A DNA stretch of 63,990 nucleotides, filler included. It is 4 parts of 4 records of this genome, joined end to end, with 100 filler letters (N's around TTAATTAATTAA, not from the genome) between each part and the next. Parts side by side here need not be neighbours in the genome. Positions count along the whole stretch, not along the records: positions 1 to 9,117 come from SRR31156797_2455; positions 9,218 to 18,939 come from SRR31156797_2466; 2 more parts are not named here. One strand, given 5' to 3'. The notes below the pieces were generated by a model. It did not search any database. It was not told the DNA's origin and saw only the letters and a program-made list of their open reading frames with translations. Both the position numbers and the translations under genes were made by a program. Positions 1 to 10,506 of this stretch are shown one piece after another; positions within the stretch are counted from its first letter, which is position 1, and each line of letters opens with the position of its first letter.

Positions 1-1185
1 AATCTCTTCTTGGAAGATTCTCATTTTATTGTGACCTTTAAAGATTGTTGGCTCAATATAGAAACCACCTGGGTGTTTTTCTGATTCGTAAGCATTACCA
101 CCAATTAAACACTCAGCACCCTCTTCTTTACCAATTTTGATATATTCTAAAATTTTCTCTTTTTGGTTAAGTGAACACTGCGCACCCATCATATTTTCAG
201 TATCTAAAGGATCACCTAATTTAATAGCTGCAACTCTTTCTAATACTCTTTTCATAAATGGCTCATAAATTGACTCTTGAATTAATGCTCTTGATGGGCA
301 AGTACAAACCTCACCTGAGTTAAATGCAAATAATACAAGACCTTCAATAGCTTTGTCAAAGAACTCATCATCTGCATCCATAATTGATTCAAAGAAGATA
401 TTTGGAGATTTACCACCAAGTTCTAATGTTGAAGGAATAATATTTTCAGTTGCATATTGCATAATTAACTGACCAGTTGTAGTTTCACCTGTAAACCCAA
501 CTTTCTTGATATCTGGGTGAGTTGATAAATATTTACCAATTTTTCCACCTGAACCATTAATAATATTTACTGCACCTTTTGGTAATACATCTTGAATTGT
601 TTCCATTAATAAAAGAATTGATTTTGGAGTAGCTGATGCTGGTTTCATAACAATAGTATTTCCAGCTGCTAATGCAGGAGCTATTTTCCAAGCAGCCATT
701 AATAATGGGAAGTTCCAAGGAATAATTTGAGCAACAACTCCATATGGCTCATATACTTCTTGAGAGATTGTATTTTCATCTAAATCTGCAACAGTTCCAG
801 ACTCTGCTCTAATTACTGAAGCAAAATATCTAAAATGATCAACAACTAAAGGTACATCAGCATTTAATGTTTCTCTAACAGTTTTACCATTGTCTAAAGT
901 CTCAGCAAGTGCAAGAGCTTCTAAGTTTGCTTCTATTGCATCTGCAACTTTATTTAACATTGTACTTCTTTCAATAACTGAAGTATGTTTATATGTTTCA
1001 AATGCTTTTTTTGCAGCTTGAACAGCTAGCTCAACATCTTCTTCATTTGATCTAGGAATTCTTGTTAAAACATCACCATCTACAGGAGATATATTATTGA
1101 AGTACTCACCACTTTTTGGAGCTATCCACTCTCCACCAATAAAGTTCTCATACTGAGGTTTGAAAGTTGGTTTATTAAATACCAT
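1..1185 (-). CDS. NAD-dependent aldehyde dehydrogenase (AldB/AcoD-type acetaldehyde dehydrogenase), 3' end runs off the window
   Basis: Not in the ORF track. Read manually from ATG at 1185: MVFNKPTFKPQYENFIGGEW..., with ALDH motifs IIPWNFP, GFTGETTTG, LELGGKSP and catalytic GEVCTCPSR. An AAGGA RBS lies upstream. Confidence 0.93.
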   Translation of the reverse strand, partial: MVFNKPTFKPQYENFIGGEWIAPKSGEYFNNISPVDGDVLTRIPRSNEEDVELAVQAAKKAFETYKHTSVIERSTMLNKVADAIEANLEALALAETLDNGKTVRETLNADVPLVVDHFRYFASVIRAESGTVADLDENTISQEVYEPYGVVAQIIPWNFPLLMAAWKIAPALAAGNTIVMKPASATPKSILLLMETIQDVLPKGAVNIINGSGGKIGKYLSTHPDIKKVGFTGETTTGQLIMQYATENIIPSTLELGGKSPNIFFESIMDADDEFFDKAIEGLVLFAFNSGEVCTCPSRALIQESIYEPFMKRVLERVAAIKLGDPLDTENMMGAQCSLNQKEKILEYIKIGKEEGAECLIGGNAYESEKHPGGFYIEPTIFKGHNKMRIFQEEI

Positions 1186-1249
1186 GTTTTTTCCTTTTAT
1201 ATATTTTTGTCGCGAAAAATTTAGTATTCCAAATTTTTTCTGTAATGAA

Positions 1250-1283
1250 ATTTTACTACAACTGTATAGCCTCAATATAGCCT
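1250..1283 (-). promoter_or_regulatory. Putative ald promoter: -10 box TAAAAT (1255-1250) with an 11-bp-period direct repeat AGGCTATA-N3-AGGCTATA (1283-1265)
   Basis: Exact 8-bp repeat TATAGCCT at 1265-1272 and 1276-1283, located where a -35 element would be. An OmpR-family regulator is encoded divergently. Confidence 0.5.
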
Positions 1284-1407
1284 TTTTATAACTTTAGTAT
1301 AACAATGTTTTTTATCTGAGAAAAGACCCAATTAATGGTTAGTATAGCAATAACATAGTATTAGAGAAATCAAATTTTATTTTTAAATTTTATGTTACAA
1401 TTATAGC

Positions 1408-3294
1408 ATGAAGACATATAACTATATTTATCAAAATAACCATTTTCTAAAAAATATAGATTACTCTATCTTTGAGAATGAAGAGAATATTCTAATACAA
1501 GTATTTTGTGGTCATACTAAAAGTACATTAGAAATTATTACCAATATATTACACAATCATATACCACAAGCTATTTGTATAGGAACAACGACAGACGGGG
1601 AAATAAAAGACAATAAAGTATCAACATTAAAAACCGTTATATCAATCTCAGTTTTTGAAAAAACAACTATAAAAGCTGCCATAATAGAGGGTGAAGATTC
1701 TTTCCAAAATGGCTATAAAATTGCTAAAAAAATTGGAACAAAAAACACTAAACTTATTATAACTTTTGCGGATGGAACAACAACTAATGGTGAAGAATTT
1801 TTAAATGGAATATCAGCATTTAATGAATCAAATATGGTTTGTGGGGGAATGGCTGGTGACAATGGACAATTTAAACAAACATATGTTTCTTTAGGTAACA
1901 AAATAATTGGGAATGGTGCTGTTGCAGTATCTCTGAATTCTGATATTCTTCAAGTTGCAAATGACTATAAATATGATTGGTCACCTATTGGTATTACTCA
2001 TACAATTGATAAAATTATTGGAAATAGAATATATGAAATATCAGGAATGAAAGCAACTGATTTCTATACTAAATATTTAGGTGATAGTAATGCCCATACA
2101 GAATTTCCTCTTATTGTGGAAAGAAATGGCATAAAAGTAGCAAGAGCACTATTAACAAGTTATGAAGATGGAAGTTTAAGATGTGCAGGAAATTTATATG
2201 AAGGAGATAAAGTAAGACTAGGGTTTGCAAATGCAGAACTTATTTTAAAAAGTCCTTTTGAATATTTAAAAAATATTCATACCTATCCCGCTGAAACATT
2301 TTTTATATACTCTTGTATGGCAAGAAGAAGATATATGCAAAATCTAATCAAAGTTGAGATTGAACCTTTTGCTTCTATAGCACCAACATCTGGATTTTTT
2401 ACTTATGCAGAGTTTTTCCATAACAATAAAAGAAATGAACTTATGAACCAAACAATAACACTAGTTGGCTTATCTGAAAACCCTAATATTGAAAAAAATA
2501 TATCACCAACTAATAATATGGTAAAACCCACAGAAAGTTCCTATGCAAAAACTATTCAAGCTTTAACTTGTCTTATTCAACAAAGTACTAAAGATCAAGC
2601 TATACAAGAAGAAGCTTTAGAGAGGCAAATAGAATACTCAGAAAAACTTCTAAAAAATCAAAAACTTTTTTTAAGACATACAGTTCATGAAACAAATACT
2701 CCTTTATCTGTTATAATGAGTAATATAGATTTACATGAAATGGAATATGAAAAAAGTCCATACCTTGAGAACATTGAGGTAGCTTTAAAAAATATTTTTT
2801 CAATATATGATGACTTAAGTTATCTTGTTAAAAAAGATCAGGTTGAAGATAGAGTTTATACCATTGATATAGAAGATTTAGTTAGAAATAGAGTAGCTTT
2901 TTTCAAAAGTGTTGCTATACAAAAAGGTTCAAATTTTATATTCCAAACTAATTGTGAAAATACTTTTATAAAATTCAGTGAAACAAAAATCCAAAGAATT
3001 ATTGATAATACTTTAACAAATGCCATAAAATACACTTTTATAGGAGAACCAATAAAAGTAAAATTAATGAACAATGATGGATGTATTAGTTTTTCTGTAG
3101 CTAGTCACTCAAGAAAAATTCAACATCCTGATAAAATTTTTGATGAATATTATAGAGAAGAAAAATCAAAAGATGGATTTGGTTTGGGATTAAATCTAGT
3201 AAAAAGAATATGTGATGAAGAAAAAGTGGAAATAAATGTTTATTCAAATATTCATGAAACTTGTTTTACTTATTTACTTAAAGGATGTAAATGA
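1408..3294 (+). CDS. Cytoplasmic FIST (FIST_N/FIST_C) domain sensor histidine kinase
   Basis: FIST motifs IGTTTDGEI, GGMAGDNG, YSCMARR and GFFTYAEF; H-box VHETNTPL; N-box NAIKY; G2 GFGLGL; no TM segment. Confidence 0.88.
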   Translation: MKTYNYIYQNNHFLKNIDYSIFENEENILIQVFCGHTKSTLEIITNILHNHIPQAICIGTTTDGEIKDNKVSTLKTVISISVFEKTTIKAAIIEGEDSFQNGYKIAKKIGTKNTKLIITFADGTTTNGEEFLNGISAFNESNMVCGGMAGDNGQFKQTYVSLGNKIIGNGAVAVSLNSDILQVANDYKYDWSPIGITHTIDKIIGNRIYEISGMKATDFYTKYLGDSNAHTEFPLIVERNGIKVARALLTSYEDGSLRCAGNLYEGDKVRLGFANAELILKSPFEYLKNIHTYPAETFFIYSCMARRRYMQNLIKVEIEPFASIAPTSGFFTYAEFFHNNKRNELMNQTITLVGLSENPNIEKNISPTNNMVKPTESSYAKTIQALTCLIQQSTKDQAIQEEALERQIEYSEKLLKNQKLFLRHTVHETNTPLSVIMSNIDLHEMEYEKSPYLENIEVALKNIFSIYDDLSYLVKKDQVEDRVYTIDIEDLVRNRVAFFKSVAIQKGSNFIFQTNCENTFIKFSETKIQRIIDNTLTNAIKYTFIGEPIKVKLMNNDGCISFSVASHSRKIQHPDKIFDEYYREEKSKDGFGLGLNLVKRICDEEKVEINVYSNIHETCFTYLLKGCK

Positions 3295-3950
3295 AAATAT
3301 TATTGTTAGAAGATGATATTATGCTTAATAAAGCCATAACCCAATATCTTGAATCAACAGGTCATAAAGTTATTTCAGTGATTGATGGAAATTCTTGTAT
3401 TGAAACACTAAAAGAAAATAGTTTTGATTTATTGGTTTTTGATATAAATGTTCCTGATAAAGATGGACTTTCAATATTAGAAGAGTTACACCAAGAAAAG
3501 AAAATGGTTCCAACTATTTTTATATCTGCACTTATTGATATTGAAGATATAACAAGAGCTTTTGATATAGGGTGTCATGATTATTTAAAAAAACCTTTTC
3601 ACTTAAAAGAATTAACACTTAGAATAAATAAAATTTTAAAGACAAGACAAGTACCACAAGAGCATAAAAGGTTGTCAAAATCTTATAGTTATGACTCAAA
3701 AAATATGGTTTTGTATTTCAATAATGAACCTCATATTTTACCCAAAAGACAAATACAAATTATAGATTTATTAGCTGCAAACAGAAGTTTAGTTTGTAAC
3801 TATGATATGTTTAGAAACTATGTATGGAACGATGATTATATAGATAATGCCACAATTAGAGCAGAAGTAAATAGAGTAAAAAAAGTACTAAAAGAGGATT
3901 TTATAATAAATGTTAGAGGTATAGGATATATGGTAGAAAGACCAAATTAG
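3291..3950 (+). CDS. OmpR/PhoB-family response regulator
   Basis: MKILLLEDD, phospho-acceptor FDINVP, DYLKKPF and winged-helix end NVRGIGY. Overlaps the kinase stop codon. Confidence 0.92.
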   Translation: MKILLLEDDIMLNKAITQYLESTGHKVISVIDGNSCIETLKENSFDLLVFDINVPDKDGLSILEELHQEKKMVPTIFISALIDIEDITRAFDIGCHDYLKKPFHLKELTLRINKILKTRQVPQEHKRLSKSYSYDSKNMVLYFNNEPHILPKRQIQIIDLLAANRSLVCNYDMFRNYVWNDDYIDNATIRAEVNRVKKVLKEDFIINVRGIGYMVERPN

Positions 3951-3979
3951 GGCTTTTACTGTATTGGTAATATTTTGAC

Positions 3980-5944
3980 TTAAGAAACTATATCTAATTC
4001 AATAAAGAATTTTGCACCATATTCAGTATTTTTCGCATAAATATTTCCACTTAAACTTTCACACACAATTCTATAACTCATATTTAAACCAAGTCCTGTG
4101 CCTAAAGTTTGATGTTTTGTAGTAAAATATGGTTCGAAAATATGTGGCATAATATTTGGTTTTATTCCTCCACCATTATCTTCAACACTTATTATTGCTT
4201 TATCATCTTCAACTTCTAAATCTAGTTTTATCCAAGGGTTTTTTATATTTTTTTCGATTAGTACATCTTTTGCATTATTGAAAATATTTAATAAAACTTG
4301 CTCTAATTGACCAGATATCAGTTTTACTTTTACTTTTTTTGTATAATCAATATTATCAATAAAGTTTATTAATTTTTCTTTTAATGTTGCATTGATGATT
4401 AATAAAGAAGCTGAAATTTTATCTTCTAAAGTAACAACATCTAAAGTTTTTTGAACCTTTAAAAAGTCCCTGAAAGTATCAATTGTTTTAGATAGGTGTA
4501 TGGTGGTTTGAACTATACTTCCTAGTTTTAGATACATTTCTTCTTCACTTATAATATTTGCTTTTCTTTCTAGAATTATTCCACTTGCAAGTGTACTAAT
4601 AGCACTTAATGGTTGTCTCCATTGATGAGCAATATTCCCTACCATTTCTCCCATTGCTACCATTTTTGCATTTTGGAAATACTCAAACTGATGTTCTTCA
4701 AAACTTTTCTTAGCAGATACATCATGCTTTATTGAGATAAACCCTATTAACTCTTCACTATCTGAGTATTCTGGAGTTATGACTGTATTTACCCAATAGA
4801 TATGTCCTTGTTTTGCTCTATTTTTAAACTCTCCATTCCAAAACTTTTCATTTATTAAAGTTTTTTTGACATTTACATAAAAATCTTCTTGATAACTAGG
4901 ATCCCTTAATATTTTTTCATCTTTACCAATAAGTTCCTCCTTTGTATATCCTGATAAATCACAAAATGCATCACTAGCCTCAATTATTATGCCATCTTTA
5001 TTAGTTCTTGTATAAAGAACATATTTGCTAATCAAGTCTAAATTTCCTTGAATTTTTTTAGTTTGTTCTTTTACTTTGTTTTCTAATAAATCATTTGCTT
5101 TTAATAACTCCCTTGGTCTATTTAAAACTATAAATAACAAATACCCCAAAAGTATTGAGATTAAAAACCCTATAATATATAAAAAAGCTATTGAAACATT
5201 TGATATATAAGTTCCAGTATATTGTATATCTAAAAACCAAAGTCCATTTGGTACTTTTATACTTTTTGTATAGATTTTATTGTCTTTAGAAAAGCTCTTA
5301 TCTCCATAAAAAATATCCATCTTATTTGTATCAGGATGAAGTCTTCTTAGTCTATAAATAAACTCTTTATCTCTTAATTCATATAGATTTGTACTTTTTA
5401 CTAAACCATCTAAAGTAACTAAAGCAGAAACAAAGCCCCAAAACTTGCCATTTATATATACTGGTTTTCTTGCAACCATTCCTACTCCACCTTGAAGAAG
5501 CTTAAAAGGACCGGCAAGAGTTAACTTATGACTTTTTTTTGTTAAAAAAGCTTCTTTTTTCCTTGCATTGTCTTTAAATAGATTATGACCAATTGCTTTT
5601 TCATTACCTTTTAGAGGATAAATAGTTTGAACTATTGCGTCTGGTGCTAACTGTAAGTTTGCTACACCTCTTAACTTATCTAATAAAACTTCTGCAAATT
5701 GATTAAATTTTTCTGTAGTTATATTTTCACTTTCTAGTTCAACATATTCACCTAAGATAGTTGCACTATTAGTACTTTTTGAAATAGTTTTTTCTAAAAC
5801 TGATGCTTGTAGATTTAATACTTCATTTGATAGTTTATCAACATTGCTCTCTATATAATAATTGTTGCTCTTTATTAATTCATGACTTATAAATATTAAG
5901 ACAAATGTTACTAATACAGATATAATCTTCTCTTTTTTTAACAT
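3980..5944 (-). CDS. CHASE-PAS sensor histidine kinase
   Basis: Two TM segments around a CHASE-like domain (YPLKGNEKAIG, LAGPFKLLQGG), a PAS/PAC domain, H-box IAHQWRQPL, DNGGG and GTGLGL. Confidence 0.88.
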   Translation of the reverse strand: MLKKEKIISVLVTFVLIFISHELIKSNNYYIESNVDKLSNEVLNLQASVLEKTISKSTNSATILGEYVELESENITTEKFNQFAEVLLDKLRGVANLQLAPDAIVQTIYPLKGNEKAIGHNLFKDNARKKEAFLTKKSHKLTLAGPFKLLQGGVGMVARKPVYINGKFWGFVSALVTLDGLVKSTNLYELRDKEFIYRLRRLHPDTNKMDIFYGDKSFSKDNKIYTKSIKVPNGLWFLDIQYTGTYISNVSIAFLYIIGFLISILLGYLLFIVLNRPRELLKANDLLENKVKEQTKKIQGNLDLISKYVLYTRTNKDGIIIEASDAFCDLSGYTKEELIGKDEKILRDPSYQEDFYVNVKKTLINEKFWNGEFKNRAKQGHIYWVNTVITPEYSDSEELIGFISIKHDVSAKKSFEEHQFEYFQNAKMVAMGEMVGNIAHQWRQPLSAISTLASGIILERKANIISEEEMYLKLGSIVQTTIHLSKTIDTFRDFLKVQKTLDVVTLEDKISASLLIINATLKEKLINFIDNIDYTKKVKVKLISGQLEQVLLNIFNNAKDVLIEKNIKNPWIKLDLEVEDDKAIISVEDNGGGIKPNIMPHIFEPYFTTKHQTLGTGLGLNMSYRIVCESLSGNIYAKNTEYGAKFFIELDIVS

Positions 5945-6046
5945 AACCCACCTATTTTAAAAAATAATTATAGTAGAAATAAATAAAAGTAAAATTATGT
6001 ATTATATATATTAAAAAGTCTATTTGAGGTTACAAAGTAGCCTTTG

Positions 6047-7462
6047 CTACTTTATAACTTTGAAAAAATCTAAGATTAACCTAACAGAGGCTCCTGTTCC
6101 TCCATAAGGATTATATCCCCACTCTTTTTGTCTATAAGCAGGTCCTGCAATATCAAAATGGAACCATTTTTTCTTATTTTTAGCTTCAATAAATTTATCT
6201 AAAAAAAGTCCAGCAGTTATTGAACCACCTGCTTTATTTGAAGGAGAGTTTACAGTATCAGCTATACCACTTTGTAAAAAAGATGGTAAATATCTGTTAA
6301 AAGGAAGATGAGCAACTAATTCCCCTGATGAGAAAGAGGCTTTTTCAATCTTTTTTCTAAGCTTTTGATTATGACCAATAATTGCACTTGTATACTCACC
6401 TAAAGCAACAATACAAGCACCAGTTAAAGTTGCAAAATCAAACATATAATCAATATCTTTTATCTCATCTTGTGCATAACATAAACAATCTGCTAAGACA
6501 AGTCTTCCTTCAGCATCTGTGTTTGTAACTTCTATTGTTACTCCATTTTTAGCTTTTAAAACATCATCAGGCTTATAAGCATCTCCACCAATCATATTTT
6601 CAACTGCACCAATGATTCCATGAACTTCATATTCACAAGAGATTGCATTTAGAGTATTCATTATCCCTAAAACTGCACTTCCTCCACTCTTATCACATTT
6701 CATAGAAACCATTCCAGCACCAGATTTAAGACTCAATCCTCCACTGTCATAAGTTAAACCTTTACCAACTAAAACAACTTTCCCTTTTGGTTTTTTAGGT
6801 TTATATGTTAAGTGAATTAGTTGACTCTCATGTCTTGATGCTCTACCAACAGCTAACATTGCATTCATTCCATTCTTTTTTAGATAATCCTCACCAAAAA
6901 CTTTACACTCAAGGTTATTTTCTTTTGCAATCTCTTTTGCCTGTTCTGCCATTTTTTTAGGAAAATAATCTTCTGGTGGAGTATTTACAATATCTCTTAC
7001 AAGATTTACACTTTTACAAATCTCTAATCTTTTTTCTAGTATTTTTTCAAGTTCAGTTTTTTCTACTTTTGAATCACTTATATCAATAAAAACATCAAAT
7101 AGATTCTCTTTAGCTTCAGTTTTATATTTATTAAAAGAGTATGAACCTAAAACTAAACCTTCAACAAGTTCATCTAAACAATATTCAGTTTTATCTACAA
7201 CTAAAGGTATTTTTACTTTTGAAAACTTTGTTTTTTTGATTTGTTTTATTGCATTTGAAAATGCTATTTTTAAATCTTCACCTTTTATTTTATTTGTACC
7301 AACATATAAAATATTTCCTAAAAGTTGAGATTGTCCCTCTTTTGCTTCAAACTGCACTTTCTTTAAATATTTTTTTGTTTTTTTATCTAAATGTTTTAGT
7401 GATTTTAAAACCACTAATTCTATATCATATTCTATTTTTTTATCTATCAATTTAAATTTCAT
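6047..7462 (-). CDS. pepA: Leucyl aminopeptidase (M17)
   Basis: VGKGLTYDSGGLSLK, MKCDKSG, NTDAEGRLVLAD and HFDIAG motifs. Confidence 0.93.
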   Translation of the reverse strand: MKFKLIDKKIEYDIELVVLKSLKHLDKKTKKYLKKVQFEAKEGQSQLLGNILYVGTNKIKGEDLKIAFSNAIKQIKKTKFSKVKIPLVVDKTEYCLDELVEGLVLGSYSFNKYKTEAKENLFDVFIDISDSKVEKTELEKILEKRLEICKSVNLVRDIVNTPPEDYFPKKMAEQAKEIAKENNLECKVFGEDYLKKNGMNAMLAVGRASRHESQLIHLTYKPKKPKGKVVLVGKGLTYDSGGLSLKSGAGMVSMKCDKSGGSAVLGIMNTLNAISCEYEVHGIIGAVENMIGGDAYKPDDVLKAKNGVTIEVTNTDAEGRLVLADCLCYAQDEIKDIDYMFDFATLTGACIVALGEYTSAIIGHNQKLRKKIEKASFSSGELVAHLPFNRYLPSFLQSGIADTVNSPSNKAGGSITAGLFLDKFIEAKNKKKWFHFDIAGPAYRQKEWGYNPYGGTGASVRLILDFFKVIK

Positions 7463-7642
7463 ATTAATCCTTTAATCTATTATTATATAAAAGATGATAT
7501 CAAAGAGTACATATTTTTATTGAGATACAAATATCTGAATACATAAAGTTTCAAAAACACCCATCTAAATATTTTACTATTCACAAATAAGTTAATATAA
7601 TTAAATTTTTGATAAAATCAACAAAATTTAAAAGGTATATTT

Positions 7643-7843
7643 ATGAATTTAATTATCAATGGTGAAGAAAGAGAAGTTCAAGAAAACTCTACACTACAAA
7701 ATATTATCAGTGAGCTTAAAATTGAAGATAAAGTTATGGCAGCAGCTGTTAATATGGAGATTGTAAAAAAAGATGAGTGGAACTCATATATAGTAAAAGA
7801 GAATGATAAAATCGAATTACTACAGTTTGTTGGTGGTGGATGA
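7643..7843 (+). CDS. thiS: Sulfur carrier protein ThiS
   Basis: 66 aa, begins INGE, ends FVGGG. Confidence 0.92.
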   Translation: MNLIINGEEREVQENSTLQNIISELKIEDKVMAAAVNMEIVKKDEWNSYIVKENDKIELLQFVGGG

Positions 7844-7849
7844 TAAATA

Positions 7850-8182
7850 ATGAGTCGTCAAAAGGGTGATTTAGCAGAAGAACTTGCATGCAATTTTTTA
7901 ATCCAAAAAGATTTTAAAATTGTTGATAAAAACTTTTATGCTAAAAAACTTGGAGAGATTGATATTATTGCTTTAAAAAATGAGATATACCATTTTATAG
8001 AAGTAAAATCTGCGGATGATTATGAAGTTGCAGTAAATAACATAACAAAAACTAAACTTTCAAAACTAAAAAGAAGTATTGATTACTACATCCAAAACAA
8101 AAAGATAGAAAATGCTTTTTGTTTAGATGCAATTATAGTGATAGAAAATGAAATAGAGTATCTAGAAAACATCACTTTCTAG
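7850..8182 (+). CDS. YraN family (UPF0102) endonuclease-like protein
   Basis: KGDLAEELA, GEIDIIA and FIEVK motifs. Confidence 0.9.
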   Translation: MSRQKGDLAEELACNFLIQKDFKIVDKNFYAKKLGEIDIIALKNEIYHFIEVKSADDYEVAVNNITKTKLSKLKRSIDYYIQNKKIENAFCLDAIIVIENEIEYLENITF

Positions 8183-9116
8183 CTTTTTTCTTTCTCATTG
8201 CTCTTTTTGATTTTATATAAACTATTCTAGAAATTTTTCTTATATTTGCAAAAAATCTTGTGGTGTATGTTGCATCAGCATTAGATATCTCTTCACCTAA
8301 CTTGACATTTATCGCATCAGATTTTTTCATTGATAAAACCTGAGAAGGGAATACACTTCTGTGTCCTGTCATCAAAAAGGCTATTATAATAGATAAAGCA
8401 GCATAATGTGCTACATTTACACCAAAAAGTTCAACAGCCATAATCATAGCTGCAATAGGTGCACTTGTTGCTCCTGCTAATACACTTACAAATCCTAATG
8501 CCGCAAATAATGGAATATATCCATCAACTAATGCACCAAAGAAATTACCACTTGTTGCACCTACATAAAATACGGGAGTGATAACACCACCACTTCCTCC
8601 AAAACCTAGAGTTAATGCCGTAAAAATTGTTTTCATAATAAATGCATACCAAGGTACATTTTCGTGAGCTTGGAAGCTTGACGATAAAGAATCTTTTATA
8701 GTTTCAAAACCTAAACCTAGATAATCATCACCTACAATCAAAGTCAGAATTACAATAATCACACCACCAAAAAATGCTTTCAAAATATAATTCATTTTTA
8801 TTGCACTTACATAATTATGAATATATCTTAAAACTGTAATAATAAAATCTGCAACAAGACCAAAAAAGATACCTGCAAGGATAACTTTACCTATTAATTC
8901 GTAATTGAAGTTAAAAGTAACATAATATGCAATATCAAAATATGTATAACTTATACCTACCATTTTAGCTACAAAAAACGCTGAAAATCCTGCAACAATA
9001 GAAGGTAATAAAATATCATACATCAATGCACCAACAATTAGTATCTCAACTCCAAAAATAGCTCCCGCCAAAGGTGTTCCAAATACCGAAGCAAAACCTG
9101 CACTAATACCACAGAT
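8172..9116 (-). CDS. ClC-family chloride channel/transporter, 5' truncated at the contig end
   Basis: Frame is open to the linker: ICGISAGFASVFGTPLAGAIFGVE...GGSGGVITP...APIAAMIMAVELFG; multiple TM helices. Confidence 0.88.
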   Translation of the reverse strand: MCGISAGFASVFGTPLAGAIFGVEILIVGALMYDILLPSIVAGFSAFFVAKMVGISYTYFDIAYYVTFNFNYELIGKVILAGIFFGLVADFIITVLRYIHNYVSAIKMNYILKAFFGGVIIVILTLIVGDDYLGLGFETIKDSLSSSFQAHENVPWYAFIMKTIFTALTLGFGGSGGVITPVFYVGATSGNFFGALVDGYIPLFAALGFVSVLAGATSAPIAAMIMAVELFGVNVAHYAALSIIIAFLMTGHRSVFPSQVLSMKKSDAINVKLGEEISNADATYTTRFFANIRKISRIVYIKSKRAMRKKKARK

Positions 9117-9117
9117 T

Positions 9118-9217
9118 NNNNNNNNNNNNNNNNNNNNNNNNNNNNNNNNNNNNNNNNNNNNTTAATTAATTAANNNNNNNNNNNNNNNNNNNNNNNNNNN
9201 NNNNNNNNNNNNNNNNN
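9118..9217. other. Artificial contig linker (44 N + TTAATTAATTAA + 44 N)
   Basis: N runs around a six-frame stop spacer; genes on both sides are cut mid-frame. Confidence 0.98.
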
Positions 9218-10351
9218 GTGACGAATTACTCCGGCATGTTCCTGGTCAACTCCAGGAAGATACCCAGGCATGTCTTCTAATGTTACAATTGGAATATTGA
9301 AAGAATCACAGTAACGAATGAATCGAGCTGCCTTATCAGAGCTATCACAATCAAGTACACCAGCTAATACTAAAGGTTGGTTAGCTACGAATCCTACAGT
9401 TTGTCCATTTAAGCGACCGAAACCGATAACAATGTTAGCGGCAAATAATTCTTGAATTTCAAAAAAGTCACCATCATCAACAATACCTCTGATTACATCA
9501 CGTACATCGTATGGATTTCTTGGATCTGCAGGTATAAGATCTTCAATGTTACCTTTAAATGTAGGCTCTTTCGGTGGGAATTCTTTTGCTTTTTTGCTAT
9601 TGTTCCAAGGAATAAAAGTGATAAGCTTTTTAATTTGCTCAAAACATTCTTTTTCACTGTTTGCAAAGAAGTGTGCGTTACCAGTAGTTTCTGCGTGAAC
9701 ACGTGCACCACCTAGTTCTTCCATCGAAATCTCTTCTCCTAATACAGTTTTAATTACTCCAGGACCAGTAATAAACATTTTAGAAATGTTGTCTACTACA
9801 AAAACAAAGTCTGTTAAAGCAGGAGAATATACTGCACCACCGGCACAAGGACCTAGGATAACTGAGATTTGAGGAATAACACCAGAAGCAATTGTGTTTC
9901 TATAAAAGATTTCACCGTATCCAGCTAAAGAGTTAACTCCTTCTTGAATACGAGCACCACCAGAGTCGTTAATTCCAATTAAAGGAACACGCATTTTTAA
10001 AGCATGATCCATGATTTTTGTAATTTTGCGGGCATGCATTAAACCTAAAGATCCACCAGCTACGGTAAAATCTTGCGCAAAAATACAGATTGGTGCACCA
10101 TAAATAGTTCCGGTACCAATAATCACACCATCACCATGAAGTTGCTTTTTGTCCATGCCGAAGTCTTTTGCTTCATGCTCAACAAAAAGATCGTACTCCG
10201 TAAAGGAATCCTGATCAAGAATGGCAAGAATACGCTCACGGGCAGTCATTTTACCCATTGCCACTTGTTTCTCGATGGCTTTTTCACCACCTCCCATTTC
10301 AACCTTTTCCTTTCTTTTACGAAGATCAAGGATGTGTTTTTTCAATGACAT
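9218..10351 (-). CDS. Acyl-CoA (propionyl/methylmalonyl-CoA) carboxylase beta subunit, 3' truncated
   Basis: QDFTVAGGSLG, DSGGARIQEG, GPCAGGAVYSPALTDF and KAARFIRYCDSFNIP motifs. Confidence 0.92.
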
Positions 10352-10506
10352 AGTTAAATAATTTTAATTAACCTAATACAAATCAGCATCTTACAAATAA
10401 TAATGCGTTTGCAATTTCAGGGTACATAATTACAAAAAAAAAATGAAACAAAAATCAGTAGGTAAAAAAGCTTATAATTAGCCAATTACACGATGGTTTG
10501 ATGTTT

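Noticed and set aside
7463-7642. TPP riboswitch upstream of thiS
   Set aside because: The conserved TPP aptamer elements and pairing are not recognisable in this AT-rich spacer.
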